A stretch of DNA of 64,000 bases from Bacteroidota bacterium (GTDB lineage: Bacteria; Bacteroidota; Ignavibacteria; Kapaibacteriales; Kapaibacteriaceae): the NCBI GenBank assembly GCA_039795225.1, contig JBDKEN010000001.1, positions 21,610-85,609 of the forward strand. Reading direction: 5' to 3'. The position numbers and the translations under genes are program-made. Positions 29,662 through 40,275 of this stretch are shown here, in pieces. Within the stretch, counting starts at the first letter, position 1. Every line of letters begins with the position of its first letter. The notes under the pieces are model-generated. The model was not told the origin of the DNA. It did not search any database and worked only from the letters and a program-made list of their open reading frames with translations.

Positions 29662-32600
29662 GTGCTTCGCGATCTTTTCTTTCAAAGCGCTACGCCAATC
29701 ATCCGGCTCGGCCGTACACGTCCACTCACGTCGGACGATGCTCCGCCCCTTCCCCCGGGGTTACGACCTGAGGAGGCATCAGCATCGTTTTCGACGCTTT
29801 CGACGCAGAGTTTCCGGCACTTTGTTCTGTCGGTTTTCTGGGCCACGGGCGGTCCTGCTCGTCGGGTCCTAACGATCATCACCATTCGCAACATTGTGAT
29901 GCTCGCAACCCCGGTGTTACTGCATAGCGTTCTATCGCAGCTTCCGAGCGTTTCCTCGTCTGTAGAATTTCCACGTGCCGCACTTGTCACGGCCATCGCA
30001 CTTGGCACCGTTGGTATCGTTGGTGCGCTGCTGAACCAGCATATGTTTTTCAATATGCTGCGTGGGTTTGCAACAATTGTCAACGGACTAAACGATCGCA
30101 TCGTTCACCATGCACTTCGACTGCGACGCTCCTCGCGATCACAGATGCAGACTGGAGATCTGGTCAATCACCTCTCCAGTGATACCGATGCTATGGCTGA
30201 GGCGATGTTCTTCATCCCGGAGTTCTACAACACGGCACTCGAGACGATTGTCGTCATGGCCATGCTTTGGTGGTATCTCGGACCGGCGTCGCTCGCATCA
30301 TTTGCGATGCTTGCGCTGATTGCCCCGCTTTCGATTGTTGTTGCTCGACGGTATCGTCGACTTGACCACGACCTGATGGAACTCCGAGATGAGCGTGTAA
30401 CGCTGATGTCGCAGATCCTCCAGGGAATTCGTGTCGTCAAGTTTCATGCGTGGGAACAGAGTGTTCGCGCCGAAGTTGTCGACGTGCGCCGACGTGAAGT
30501 TGGAACCAAGGTTCGCATCGTCCGCACCGATGCACTCAGCACGATGATCTTTGTGAGTACATCAACGCTCGTGGGATTCTCCGGTTTTGGTGCCTATGTG
30601 GCAATGGGAGGTGAGCTTACTACGCCGTTGATCTTTGCATGCTTAGCATTGTTTACAATGCTGGAAGAACCGTTTGGAGTGGTCAGCCATCTCCTTTCCA
30701 ACATGCAGCATGCTCGAGTGGCCACGGGTCGTCTTCATCGGTTCTTTACGGCATCTGTGCGTGATCATGATGAGCGGCCACCATCAGCCCCATCCCATCC
30801 CGTTGAACTCGTTGCCGAGAATTTATCGCTGACATATCCTGATGCAGAGGAGCCGAGTCTACACAGTCTGAACATGAGCATTGCTGCAGGTTCAAGCGTT
30901 GCCATCATCGGCTCTGTTGGGTCTGGAAAGAGCACACTCTTGCGCACGCTCACGGGGCTCCATGTTCCGTCGACCGGCACCGTACGCTATGCCAACATCC
31001 GTTCAGCAGAGCGTGCACGCATCGGCTATGTTCCGCAGGAGGCCTTCATCATGAATGCCTCGATACGAGAGAACATCACGTTTGGAGAGGACCTTGATCC
31101 GAACCATTTGCTCAAAGCGATCAGAATCTCAGCATTGGAGACGGATCTCACACTGATGTCAGCAGGGCTCGATACCGAGATCGGCGAGCGCGGGGTAAAC
31201 CTTTCCGGTGGCCAAAAGCAGCGAGTCTCCTTGGCTCGTGCAGCCTACTATCGTCCGGGTATCGTGATGCTCGACGACCCTCTGTCAGCTGTTGATGTTC
31301 ATACAGAGCGTGCTCTGGTCGACGATCTCCTCTTCGGCGAGTGGAGCACGATCACACGGATCGTTGTGACGCATCGGCTTGCACATTTGCATCGTTTTGA
31401 CACAATCGTGCTCATGGAACGTGGTGCCATCGTTGCCATGGGCTCATACGACGAGATACAGCATCATCCGGCGATGCGTGATCTTCTTCAGCATGAGCAC
31501 GCGGCCCTTCCCGAGCAGTCATCGCACGAGCTAGCATCCTCTCCGCAACAGACACAGCGCGAACTCTCCGCGGAGTCCTCGACAGCTTCGAATCGTCTGA
31601 CGGTAGATGAAGATCGCGTCACAGGAGCCGTAGGTGCTGACGTATACATCACCTATCTCCGAGCGATGATCGGCCGGGCGTGGACGGCCCCATTCCTCCT
31701 GCTTGCCTTGCTGGGATCGGTGATCCTGATCACGCTATTGCCGATGCTCCAAACCTCATGGCTCGGGTATTGGTCGGATGTCACCAATGGTCGCGATGGC
31801 ACTGGTCTGTGGTCATGGCTTGGACCTATCGTCGAGCATGGAGATCTTTCAGCACCAACAGCTATCACCATCTATGGTGTCCTTGGCATGGTCGTTCTCT
31901 CAGCATGGGCTGGCGAGCGACTCACCTGGCTTTCTCGCACGGCATCTGCAGCGCGAACAATACATGATGACGCACTCAGGGGAGTGCTCGCAGCACCATT
32001 GCGGTTCTTTGACAGCACACCGATGGGACGGATCTTGAATCGGTTTGCTCGTGATATGGAGGGCGTCGATGATCACCTCTCGTGGAACATCGAGCAGTCG
32101 TTCAAGTCCCTAACGCAGACGCTTGGTTCAATGCTCCTCATCATGAGCGTGCTGCCATTGATTATCGTCGTGATCATTCCTGTTTTCATCCTGTATTATC
32201 GTCTACAGCGAGATTATCGTCGCAGTGCGCGTGAAGCAAAGAGGCTCGAGTCAATTAGTCGTTCTTCTCGATACGCGCACTTCAAGGAGCTTGTTACGGG
32301 GCTCGACGTGATTCACGGATTTGCTCGCGAAGGGCATTTCATTGCAACACACCGGGCCATTCTTGGTCGATATCAGCGGGCGTATTGGTGCAGCATCATG
32401 CTGAATCGCTGGTTTTCAACTCGCGTGCCTCTCACGGGTGGACTCGTAGCCGTTGCTACCAGCATCTTGATCATCCTTGCGGCATGGAATGGAACAATCT
32501 CGCCTGGAGTTGCTGGACTTGTGATGACCTACGCAATCAGCTTCTGGGCCACACTTAACTGGACGATTCGAGCCTTCAGCGAAGTTGAATCACGGATGAC

Positions 32601-33363
32601 GTCGGTTGAACGACTCGAGACATTCGCCAAACTTCCAAGCGAGCCGCGCATCACCTCAGAGCCCCTTCTTGACGATCAATCATCGTGGCCTACAAAGGGG
32701 GCTCTGCAGATTGAGGACCTTCACGTTCGTTACGCCGAGCACTTACCGATGGTATTACATGGCGTTAGCTTCTCGGTCGAACCAGGTCAAAGTGTCGGTA
32801 TCGTCGGCAGAACCGGCTCAGGAAAGTCCACGCTATTTCAGTCACTCTTCCGCTTCGTCGAGCCTGCACACGGACGGATCTGCATTGACGGTGTTGATAT
32901 AACGTCGATCCCACTTGACCGATTACGGCGCAACATTGCGATCATCCCACAAGATCCAACACTGTTCATCGGAACAGTGCGGCGTAATCTTGATCGTTTC
33001 CAGGAATGTTCGGACGAGGCGATATGGGAGGCACTTCGCCGTGTTCAATTGTCGGATGTTATTCGCGACACTCCGGGTGGATTACATGCACCCGTTATTG
33101 AAGGTGGTGCCAATTTCTCCCAAGGTCAGCGGCAACTCCTTTGTCTGGCACGAGCAATTCTCATCCGTGCGCGAGTGATCGTCCTCGACGAGGCAACCGC
33201 AAGCGTCGATGTCCGGACGGACAATCTGATTCAGCGGACGATTCGCGAAGAGTTTCGAGATGTTACAGTGCTGACGATTGCGCATCGACTCGATACCGTG
33301 GCTGATGCAGACATGATCGTTGAACTCTCAGCTGGTCGTGTGGCGAAGATTACCAGACGTTAA
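29662..33363 (+). CDS. Full-length ABCC/MRP-like ABC transporter (TMD-NBD-TMD-NBD in one chain)
   Basis: 1233 aa; two Walker A (GSVGSGKST, GRTGSGKST); ILQGIRVVKFHAWE; VNLSGGQKQRVSLARAAYYRPGIVMLDDPLSAVDVHT; SQGQRQLLCLARAILIRARVIVLDEATASVDVRTDNLIQ. Start GTG at 29662. Confidence 0.92.
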   Translation: MLRDLFFQSATPIIRLGRTRPLTSDDAPPLPPGLRPEEASASFSTLSTQSFRHFVLSVFWATGGPARRVLTIITIRNIVMLATPVLLHSVLSQLPSVSSSVEFPRAALVTAIALGTVGIVGALLNQHMFFNMLRGFATIVNGLNDRIVHHALRLRRSSRSQMQTGDLVNHLSSDTDAMAEAMFFIPEFYNTALETIVVMAMLWWYLGPASLASFAMLALIAPLSIVVARRYRRLDHDLMELRDERVTLMSQILQGIRVVKFHAWEQSVRAEVVDVRRREVGTKVRIVRTDALSTMIFVSTSTLVGFSGFGAYVAMGGELTTPLIFACLALFTMLEEPFGVVSHLLSNMQHARVATGRLHRFFTASVRDHDERPPSAPSHPVELVAENLSLTYPDAEEPSLHSLNMSIAAGSSVAIIGSVGSGKSTLLRTLTGLHVPSTGTVRYANIRSAERARIGYVPQEAFIMNASIRENITFGEDLDPNHLLKAIRISALETDLTLMSAGLDTEIGERGVNLSGGQKQRVSLARAAYYRPGIVMLDDPLSAVDVHTERALVDDLLFGEWSTITRIVVTHRLAHLHRFDTIVLMERGAIVAMGSYDEIQHHPAMRDLLQHEHAALPEQSSHELASSPQQTQRELSAESSTASNRLTVDEDRVTGAVGADVYITYLRAMIGRAWTAPFLLLALLGSVILITLLPMLQTSWLGYWSDVTNGRDGTGLWSWLGPIVEHGDLSAPTAITIYGVLGMVVLSAWAGERLTWLSRTASAARTIHDDALRGVLAAPLRFFDSTPMGRILNRFARDMEGVDDHLSWNIEQSFKSLTQTLGSMLLIMSVLPLIIVVIIPVFILYYRLQRDYRRSAREAKRLESISRSSRYAHFKELVTGLDVIHGFAREGHFIATHRAILGRYQRAYWCSIMLNRWFSTRVPLTGGLVAVATSILIILAAWNGTISPGVAGLVMTYAISFWATLNWTIRAFSEVESRMTSVERLETFAKLPSEPRITSEPLLDDQSSWPTKGALQIEDLHVRYAEHLPMVLHGVSFSVEPGQSVGIVGRTGSGKSTLFQSLFRFVEPAHGRICIDGVDITSIPLDRLRRNIAIIPQDPTLFIGTVRRNLDRFQECSDEAIWEALRRVQLSDVIRDTPGGLHAPVIEGGANFSQGQRQLLCLARAILIRARVIVLDEATASVDVRTDNLIQRTIREEFRDVTVLTIAHRLDTVADADMIVELSAGRVAKITRR

Positions 33364-34369
33364 CTTCACGCTCCAGCTGGATATCAAAACGTTCGGCGAC
33401 GCTTTGCTGAATGCGTTGCGATAGAGCGATGATTTCCTCTCCGCGCGCAGCACCATGGTTCACCAGCACAAGTGCCTGACGATCATGAACGCCGGCATCA
33501 CCTTGGCGAGCCCCCTTCCAACCACATTGATCGATAAGCCAGGCAGCAGCAAGCTTGACGCGGCCATCTGTCTGAGGGTACATCGGTACATCAGCATGTG
33601 CACTCTGCAAACGGGCAGCAACCTCGGTTGTAACAACAGGATTCTTGAAGAACGAACCCGTATTGCCGATTTGCGCCGGATCAGGAAGCTTGCGTCGTCG
33701 CACAGCGACGACTGCATGCATGATATCAACGATGGACGGCGTAGTCACGGACATCGCTGCGAGCTCATCACGAACATCGCGATAGTCGGCTGCGATACGA
33801 GGCTCGAGGCTGAGTCGATATGTCACAGACGTGATAATCATGCGATCACGATACGCATGCTTGAAGATGCTTTCTCGATATCCAAAGGCGCAATTCTCGG
33901 GCATGCATCGCACAAGTTCCCCCGTCTCGCGATCGAGTGCTTCACATTCTTCAAAGATGGATGCCTGCTCAACGCCATACGCACCGATATTCTGCATCGG
34001 AGCTGCACCAACCGTCCCTGGAATCAGCGCCATGTTTTCCATCCCGCCCCATCCCTGCGATACGGTCCACTCGACGACGTCATGCCAGATTTCGCCGGCA
34101 CCAAGACGCACGTGTACAACAGCATCATCGATACAGACGGCACGCTCACGAATCCGCATCGCAATGACCAGACCGTCAATGCGATCGGATGTAGGCACGA
34201 TGTTACTTCCTCCACCGAGGATATGGACCTTCCAGGCATTAACCGAAGCAAGATGCAGTGCTGCGCGAAGCGCTTCAACTGAGGATACCTCGATGAAATG
34301 CTCTGCCGTGGTGTGGCAGTGCATGGTCATCATTGACGAAAGATCGATATCGTGCTGTACGTCAAGCAT
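33350..34369 (-). CDS. murB: UDP-N-acetylenolpyruvoylglucosamine reductase
   Basis: VHILGGGSNIV, ENMALIPGTVGAAPMQNIGAYGVE, FGYRESIFK, GNTGSFFKNPVV, AAWLIDQCGWKG. Confidence 0.93.
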   Translation of the reverse strand: MLDVQHDIDLSSMMTMHCHTTAEHFIEVSSVEALRAALHLASVNAWKVHILGGGSNIVPTSDRIDGLVIAMRIRERAVCIDDAVVHVRLGAGEIWHDVVEWTVSQGWGGMENMALIPGTVGAAPMQNIGAYGVEQASIFEECEALDRETGELVRCMPENCAFGYRESIFKHAYRDRMIITSVTYRLSLEPRIAADYRDVRDELAAMSVTTPSIVDIMHAVVAVRRRKLPDPAQIGNTGSFFKNPVVTTEVAARLQSAHADVPMYPQTDGRVKLAAAWLIDQCGWKGARQGDAGVHDRQALVLVNHGAARGEEIIALSQRIQQSVAERFDIQLEREVNVW

Positions 34370-34375
34370 CTCTTC

Positions 34376-37300
34376 CTAGCGTACAATGATAACGGGACAA
34401 TGCTGCACGTGATGCTCGCTTCGGAGCACAAGTTGATAGAGACCTGATGGAAGATCCGATACATCAACACGCACATCTGTTCCTGTCGCCTCAATATTCC
34501 GCATCGTTTGCCCCTGCATACTCAGAAGCTGGACCAACGTGCCAGGGCGAATAGTATCGAGATGCAGTGCCTCATGCACGAGCTGTGGCATCGCCGAGAC
34601 ATTGCCATCGGTAGAACTCACGGATGTTGTACCGAGCTCCCACCAAAACGTTGTACCCTTCTCAAACTGACGTGACGGGGTTACCCTGAGCCGGACCGTG
34701 CCAAGATTATCGAATGCGGCCCGCGCCTCGAGAATGCTGCCATTTGTTGCTGATCGCACAACCTGATTATCGAGAACGTCATGGCCACGTAGACCGACAA
34801 CAACATCGACCGGCTCCGGAATCGGTATTTCGGTGTCATAGCTCATGGAGATGTCGCCACGCTCATACAATCGTACCTGCATTGAGAGTCGACCCAGGTT
34901 CACGACACCGCCTTGATAGTAGTCGTACGAAAGAAGTGTCATGCCCCTCCACTCAACTACGATACTGCGATCGGGAGCCGTCCCCTCGACGGTCCAGCAG
35001 ATCCGTGCACCATTGGGGGCATTCGTATCCAGCGTCATATCGAACGCAAACGGAGCGATGATCACGTCTGCATCATTCCACATTGAGAGTGGAGCCCGCG
35101 CCCACGCTGGCAAGGGGCGAGCACCAAAGCTCACGAAACCATTCGTATGGATGAACATCGTGTCAAGTGTCCGATCGAGGATGCCGACAGTAAATGGCAG
35201 TGCAACCGGCGTTACGATGCGACCAAACTGCGACAGGTCCCGCACAATTGTTGGATTGTCAAGTGGACGATACGTTCCTTGCTCGCTTCGAAAACGATAC
35301 TGACGCGCAAGGAGGGGACGCCGACGTTCCTGAACGGTAACAACCGTAGCTGTTTCGTCATACATCGGCAGAAGATACCCCGGTGCTGATGCCGGCGCAT
35401 AGATTTGTGTATCAATCTGCGGCACGACATCGAATGAGCTTGATGCGCGAACATCCTCAATCACGGCAATGCCATCAGCATCTGTTTCACCCTTGAACAC
35501 CGTCGAGGATCCATACTCTGATACTTCATACCGAATATTGGGACTACGTCGCTGTTGGGGCATCGATGACCGTGCATAGGTAGTGGTTGCGAACGCAATT
35601 GTCGATGTCAACTTTGGAAGTACGGAAACCGAGTTCAACGATGCCGACTGTTGAGCGCCGTCGCCGGAAAGATCGAGGCGCACGGTGGTTGGTTCGAAGC
35701 GACGTCCGACTGCACTGGGCACGATGATGGTTCTGCCGAGTGGAAGGACTCGACGAACACGGACAGAGGTTTGCCCCTGTTCGGGGAATGGCATCGGCAC
35801 AACGGCGAGAACGCCCGGCAATCGGTCGCTAAAGATGTTGAGTATCGTTGCCGTCGTATCACCGCCATTATGAACGATGACATCGACGATCTGTCCTTTT
35901 GTTACCCAGATGTCTTTTCGTTCCAGTGTATCAGCTACTGCAACTCCGAGAGAGAAAGCATCTTCACCGACCTGCGCAGGATAGATAGTATAGGGGCCAT
36001 CGATATCAATGCTATACAAGCCTCGTCCCAATCCCGTAAATGTCCACGCTCCGTCGGCCGCAGTGGACACAATCGTATCTCCTGCAGGTTGTGGTGTGCC
36101 ACGGTATATCTCGTCATTAACGGCGCGGATCTTCAAGGTCACACCAGAAAGGGGCTGTTGTGTCTCGGCATCTCGAATCGTCCCGGTAATGGCGCTCGCA
36201 CGCGTCGCACTCTGCCCTCCAACACACGGACGATTTTGCAGGTACTCGCGCAGCACCAATCGGTGCATCGGATGAAACTCCAGGACGTCGTTTGAAGCGG
36301 GATCTCCTGTTGCCGCACAGTATGACATGATCGTGCCGCGGCTCGGCTTCACGTCATCACCCGAGAAGCATGTTCCCGATTCCGCCGTCACACAACTATC
36401 GAGCGCACCACCGGGCCAGTAGCAGCTATGCGTATGGATACCACCGCAGAGGTGACCCAGCTCGTGCGAAATGACAGAGACGTTCCACGACCATTGCGGA
36501 AAGGCCGTTGCTTCGGTATCGATATCGACAGCACAGTACGATCCGTCCTCGTCACAGAGACCACCAATGGTGGCGGCAATTCCACCAGCTGTTTCACGCG
36601 ATGTGATGAACAGTGCCGCATCTCGCTCTACAGTCTTCATGGTCGTTTGATAAACGTCGACAAAGGTGTCGAGAAGCGAGAAGACATCTTGCTGGGTTGG
36701 ATATGGGTCATTGGGAACATCCCATAACCGAAGGTTGGTGATGAGCACCTTGGTACGGAGCTCAGTTTCGTAGACCATGGCTACAGCCGCGAGATTAACC
36801 GCAATCCAGAGCCGTGCATCATCAACACCGCCAGCTGCGCGGACTGCATCATTGTCGACTTCAACCGCTAGCTGCAGCGTTAGCGTATCATTTGCAGCTG
36901 TTGCTTCTATCGTCTTGCTACCTGCCTGACGCAACGCCTGATGCGCAGCATCACTGATCTTCTCTGGATCGGTCTTGCATCCACGACTCGCGCTCGATGT
37001 CGGTGCGAATCGCAATTGTAGGGAGTTCGACGTATCACGGACAATCGTGGCACGATGTCCACTCTGCTGCGTTAGCCCCATTACGGCTCCGCGCCGATCG
37101 AGAGCAATGATCGTCCAGTCACTCCCAGCAGGCCCAGGCAACGTGCGGTAGAGCACGACATCCTGGGCAAGGGGCGACACATGTTCTGCCCCATCCGTCA
37201 CCACAACATTCTTTGCCCATGGGGATGTCCACGCAACACGCTCTAGCTTCGTGTGAATACGCCGACCGTTCGGATGCTGCACCGCAAGCGCTAATAATCT

Positions 37301-37438
37301 TGGGTGTTCACCGAAAACTCGCTGAACAGCTTGCGGCGTTGCATTATCGACGAGTTGCGGCAGTCCTTGAGCCGAGACCGCAACTGACGTTATCACGGCA
37401 GCAACAGCACAAACCTTGAGCACATGGTAAAGGGTCAT
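34376..37438 (-). CDS. Secreted reprolysin-like zinc metalloprotease with regulatory-like domain and T9SS-type C-terminus
   Basis: Signal peptide from ATG 37438; ISHELGHLCGGIHTHSCYWPGG; GTITGTIRDAETQQPLSGVTLKI-like module; C-terminal DVSDLPSGLYQLVLRSEHHVQHCPVIIVR. Confidence 0.8.
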   Translation of the reverse strand: MTLYHVLKVCAVAAVITSVAVSAQGLPQLVDNATPQAVQRVFGEHPRLLALAVQHPNGRRIHTKLERVAWTSPWAKNVVVTDGAEHVSPLAQDVVLYRTLPGPAGSDWTIIALDRRGAVMGLTQQSGHRATIVRDTSNSLQLRFAPTSSASRGCKTDPEKISDAAHQALRQAGSKTIEATAANDTLTLQLAVEVDNDAVRAAGGVDDARLWIAVNLAAVAMVYETELRTKVLITNLRLWDVPNDPYPTQQDVFSLLDTFVDVYQTTMKTVERDAALFITSRETAGGIAATIGGLCDEDGSYCAVDIDTEATAFPQWSWNVSVISHELGHLCGGIHTHSCYWPGGALDSCVTAESGTCFSGDDVKPSRGTIMSYCAATGDPASNDVLEFHPMHRLVLREYLQNRPCVGGQSATRASAITGTIRDAETQQPLSGVTLKIRAVNDEIYRGTPQPAGDTIVSTAADGAWTFTGLGRGLYSIDIDGPYTIYPAQVGEDAFSLGVAVADTLERKDIWVTKGQIVDVIVHNGGDTTATILNIFSDRLPGVLAVVPMPFPEQGQTSVRVRRVLPLGRTIIVPSAVGRRFEPTTVRLDLSGDGAQQSASLNSVSVLPKLTSTIAFATTTYARSSMPQQRRSPNIRYEVSEYGSSTVFKGETDADGIAVIEDVRASSSFDVVPQIDTQIYAPASAPGYLLPMYDETATVVTVQERRRPLLARQYRFRSEQGTYRPLDNPTIVRDLSQFGRIVTPVALPFTVGILDRTLDTMFIHTNGFVSFGARPLPAWARAPLSMWNDADVIIAPFAFDMTLDTNAPNGARICWTVEGTAPDRSIVVEWRGMTLLSYDYYQGGVVNLGRLSMQVRLYERGDISMSYDTEIPIPEPVDVVVGLRGHDVLDNQVVRSATNGSILEARAAFDNLGTVRLRVTPSRQFEKGTTFWWELGTTSVSSTDGNVSAMPQLVHEALHLDTIRPGTLVQLLSMQGQTMRNIEATGTDVRVDVSDLPSGLYQLVLRSEHHVQHCPVIIVR

Positions 37439-37475
37439 TGTCGTCCTCGGTGAATGCGACCGGAGGCTAGCCCCC

Positions 37476-38867
37476 TTACAAACTCGGCCCGAGCATATCC
37501 TCTGGTCGCACCCACGCATCGAACTGCTCTTCGGTGAGCAAGCCGAGGGCCAGTGCTTCCTGCTTGAGTGTCGTCCCATTCTTGTGCGCAGTCTTCGCAA
37601 TCTTGGCAGCGTTATCATAGCCAATGTGTGGATTGAGCGCCGTCACAAGCATGAGGGTATTGCGATTGTAGTAATCCAAGCGCTCAACATTTGGCGTAAT
37701 ACCAACAGCACAATGCTCGTTGAACATCGTACAGGTATCTGTAAGGAGCCGCGTGCTCTGCAATACGTTATAGATGATCACGGGCTTGAATACATTCAGT
37801 TCGAAGTTCCCGGAAGCACCACCAATGTTCACGGCAACGTCGTTACCCATTACCTGAGCAGCGACCATTGTCATGGCTTCACTCTGCGTTGGGTTCACCT
37901 TACCGGGCATGATTGATGAGCCTGGTTCGTTTTCAGGGATTGATATTTCGCCGAGGCCGCAGCGTGGACCCGATGACATCCAACGAATGTCGTTGGCAAT
38001 CTTCATAAGCGATGCTGCGAGCGTCTTGAGCGCGCCGTGAAGGAAGACTAATGCATCGTGTGCTGCGAGCGACTCGAACTTGTTTGGTGCCGACACAAAG
38101 GGCAGTCCGGTAAGCTCAGCAATCTTCGCTGCCGAGCGAACGGCAAACTCTGGATGCGTATTGAGTCCAGTACCAACGGCGGTGCCACCAAGGGCAAGCT
38201 CGTATACGCCGCTCATGGCAGCATGCATGCGTGCAAGGTCGTTCGTCAATGCTTGCGCATAGCCCGAGAACTCCTGACCGAGCGTGATTGGCGTAGCATC
38301 CATCAGGTGCGTACGACCGCTCTTGATCAGATCCTTAAACTCTTCAGACTTTGCTGCGAGCGTGTCACGCAGCTCGGTCACGGCAGGCACAAGACGCGAC
38401 GTCACACTGATTGCCGCTGCGATGTGCATCGCTGTTGGGAAGGTGTCGTTGGAGCTTTGCGACTTGTTAACATCGTCATTCGGATGAACGGGCTTCTTCG
38501 AGCCAAGCTCGCCCCCAGCCATCTCAATGGCACGGTTGGCAATCACCTCGTTCACGTTCATGTTGGTCTGTGTGCCCGAACCGGTCTGCCAGACACTCAG
38601 CGGAAAATGCTCAAACAGCTTGCCGTCGATCACCTCGTCACATGCCTTGACGATGAGATCCTTGGTCTCAGCCTTCAGCACACCGAGGTCAGCGTTCACC
38701 ATAGCGGCGGCCTTCTTGAGAATGGCCATCCCCTGGATGACTTCACGAGGCATGCGTTCTTCACCGATTGCGAAGTGGATTAACGACCTTGCGGTTTGTG
38801 CCCCGTAGTATGCTGTGGATGGAACGGCGATCTCGCCCATCGTGTCGCGTTCAATGCGTGTGCTCAT
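37476..38867 (-). CDS. fumC: Class II fumarate hydratase
   Basis: [67 protein letters not shown]. Confidence 0.95.
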   Translation of the reverse strand: MSTRIERDTMGEIAVPSTAYYGAQTARSLIHFAIGEERMPREVIQGMAILKKAAAMVNADLGVLKAETKDLIVKACDEVIDGKLFEHFPLSVWQTGSGTQTNMNVNEVIANRAIEMAGGELGSKKPVHPNDDVNKSQSSNDTFPTAMHIAAAISVTSRLVPAVTELRDTLAAKSEEFKDLIKSGRTHLMDATPITLGQEFSGYAQALTNDLARMHAAMSGVYELALGGTAVGTGLNTHPEFAVRSAAKIAELTGLPFVSAPNKFESLAAHDALVFLHGALKTLAASLMKIANDIRWMSSGPRCGLGEISIPENEPGSSIMPGKVNPTQSEAMTMVAAQVMGNDVAVNIGGASGNFELNVFKPVIIYNVLQSTRLLTDTCTMFNEHCAVGITPNVERLDYYNRNTLMLVTALNPHIGYDNAAKIAKTAHKNGTTLKQEALALGLLTEEQFDAWVRPEDMLGPSL

Positions 38868-38958
38868 GACGTGTAATCGTGATGAAGTGATGTGATAGAC
38901 AATGATGTAATGATGCGGTTATCAAGGGACCGGACAGTGCAAAACTACGTCAAGGGGC

Positions 38959-40275
38959 TCACCAGACCAGTCGACCGCTCAATCGCAGCGCCTCGATGGC
39001 TGCAGCATAGGTTTCGAACTCCGATTGGGCCAGACGCGTGACGATTTCGACAAGAGATTGCTGCGACTGTCGCACGTCGAAATCATCGACAAGGCCCTGG
39101 CGATAGCCAACGAGCGTAATCTCCGCATTGCGCTCTGCTGCAAGCAACGTCTGGCGTTCGGTTTCGAGAATACGTCGACCGCTACGAACGCGCTCGAGAA
39201 TGCCTGCCAGCTGTGAGCGCATCTGAAGACGCAGATCCTCGATCTCGGCACGCCGGCGAAGGGTCTCGACCCGTGCGAGCTCTGATGCCTGCGCGTCGGC
39301 AGTTCCTCGAAAGATGTTGTAGCGAAATTGAAGTCCAGCACTCCAACCCGTAGTGCGGTTCTCAAGGATAAAGCCTGCCTCGGTCGAGTTATCTGTCAGC
39401 TGTAGGCCCCCTACCGCGTCGATCCGAGGCCAGAACGACGCGGCGATTTGCCGTTCTGCAGCAACAGCGGCTTGGATTTGTCGCTCGGCGGCAAGGATAT
39501 CGGGATTCCGCATCAACATGGCATCTTCGAGTTCAGAGGCCGATGCAAGCTCAGGCATCATCATGAGCGTATCGACCTGAAACGAGTCACGTGGATTCCG
39601 CGCAAGGAGGACGTTGAGTCCTGCGCGCGCGAGCACCAAAGCGGTGCTCAGTCGATCGAGCTGAACACGGATCGCGTTACGGTCAATCTCGGCCTGCGCA
39701 ACTGCTGTTGCCGAGGCCTGACCAATTTGCTGACGCTGACGTGCAAGCTCAAGTCGGCGTTCTGCAAGTGAGAGGGCCGCACGAGCACCATCAACCGCAC
39801 GACGTGCGGAAACAACACTCGCATAGCGCGTCATCACGTCAGCGATTACTCGCGCATAGGATCCACGCGCCCGCTCACGTTCGGCTTCGGCCAGCTGCGA
39901 CATTTGGTCGTCAACGGCCATCATCCGAAAGCCATCAAACAGCGTCCATTGCATTGTCGCATTCGCGTTAATGTTCGTAAAGCCTGCATCGTTGCGATCA
40001 ATAACAACTCCACTTGCCGTGCGCTGCGAGATATCATTCGAGCCACGTGTGCCGTTGGCAGCAACATCAAGTGTTGGCAAGTACACAGCCGTACCAAGTC
40101 GCTCCTGGGCAGAAGCAGATGCTGAATCGAATCGAGCGATCTGCAGTCGAAAGTTCTTTTGAAGCGCTTCCTGCACGGCATCAGCGAGAGATACGGTTTG
40201 CGCACGTAGCGCCATGCCCTGCGCTAAAATGACAACGAGAACACCGATGCGCCAGTATGTCGTCATGTTATCCAT
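38959..40275 (-). CDS. TolC family outer membrane efflux protein
   Basis: VSLADAVQEALQKNFRLQIARFDSASA, coiled-coil repeats ALSLAERRLELARQRQQIGQASATAVAQAE; downstream of RND gene. Confidence 0.88.
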   Translation of the reverse strand: MDNMTTYWRIGVLVVILAQGMALRAQTVSLADAVQEALQKNFRLQIARFDSASASAQERLGTAVYLPTLDVAANGTRGSNDISQRTASGVVIDRNDAGFTNINANATMQWTLFDGFRMMAVDDQMSQLAEAERERARGSYARVIADVMTRYASVVSARRAVDGARAALSLAERRLELARQRQQIGQASATAVAQAEIDRNAIRVQLDRLSTALVLARAGLNVLLARNPRDSFQVDTLMMMPELASASELEDAMLMRNPDILAAERQIQAAVAAERQIAASFWPRIDAVGGLQLTDNSTEAGFILENRTTGWSAGLQFRYNIFRGTADAQASELARVETLRRRAEIEDLRLQMRSQLAGILERVRSGRRILETERQTLLAAERNAEITLVGYRQGLVDDFDVRQSQQSLVEIVTRLAQSEFETYAAAIEALRLSGRLVW

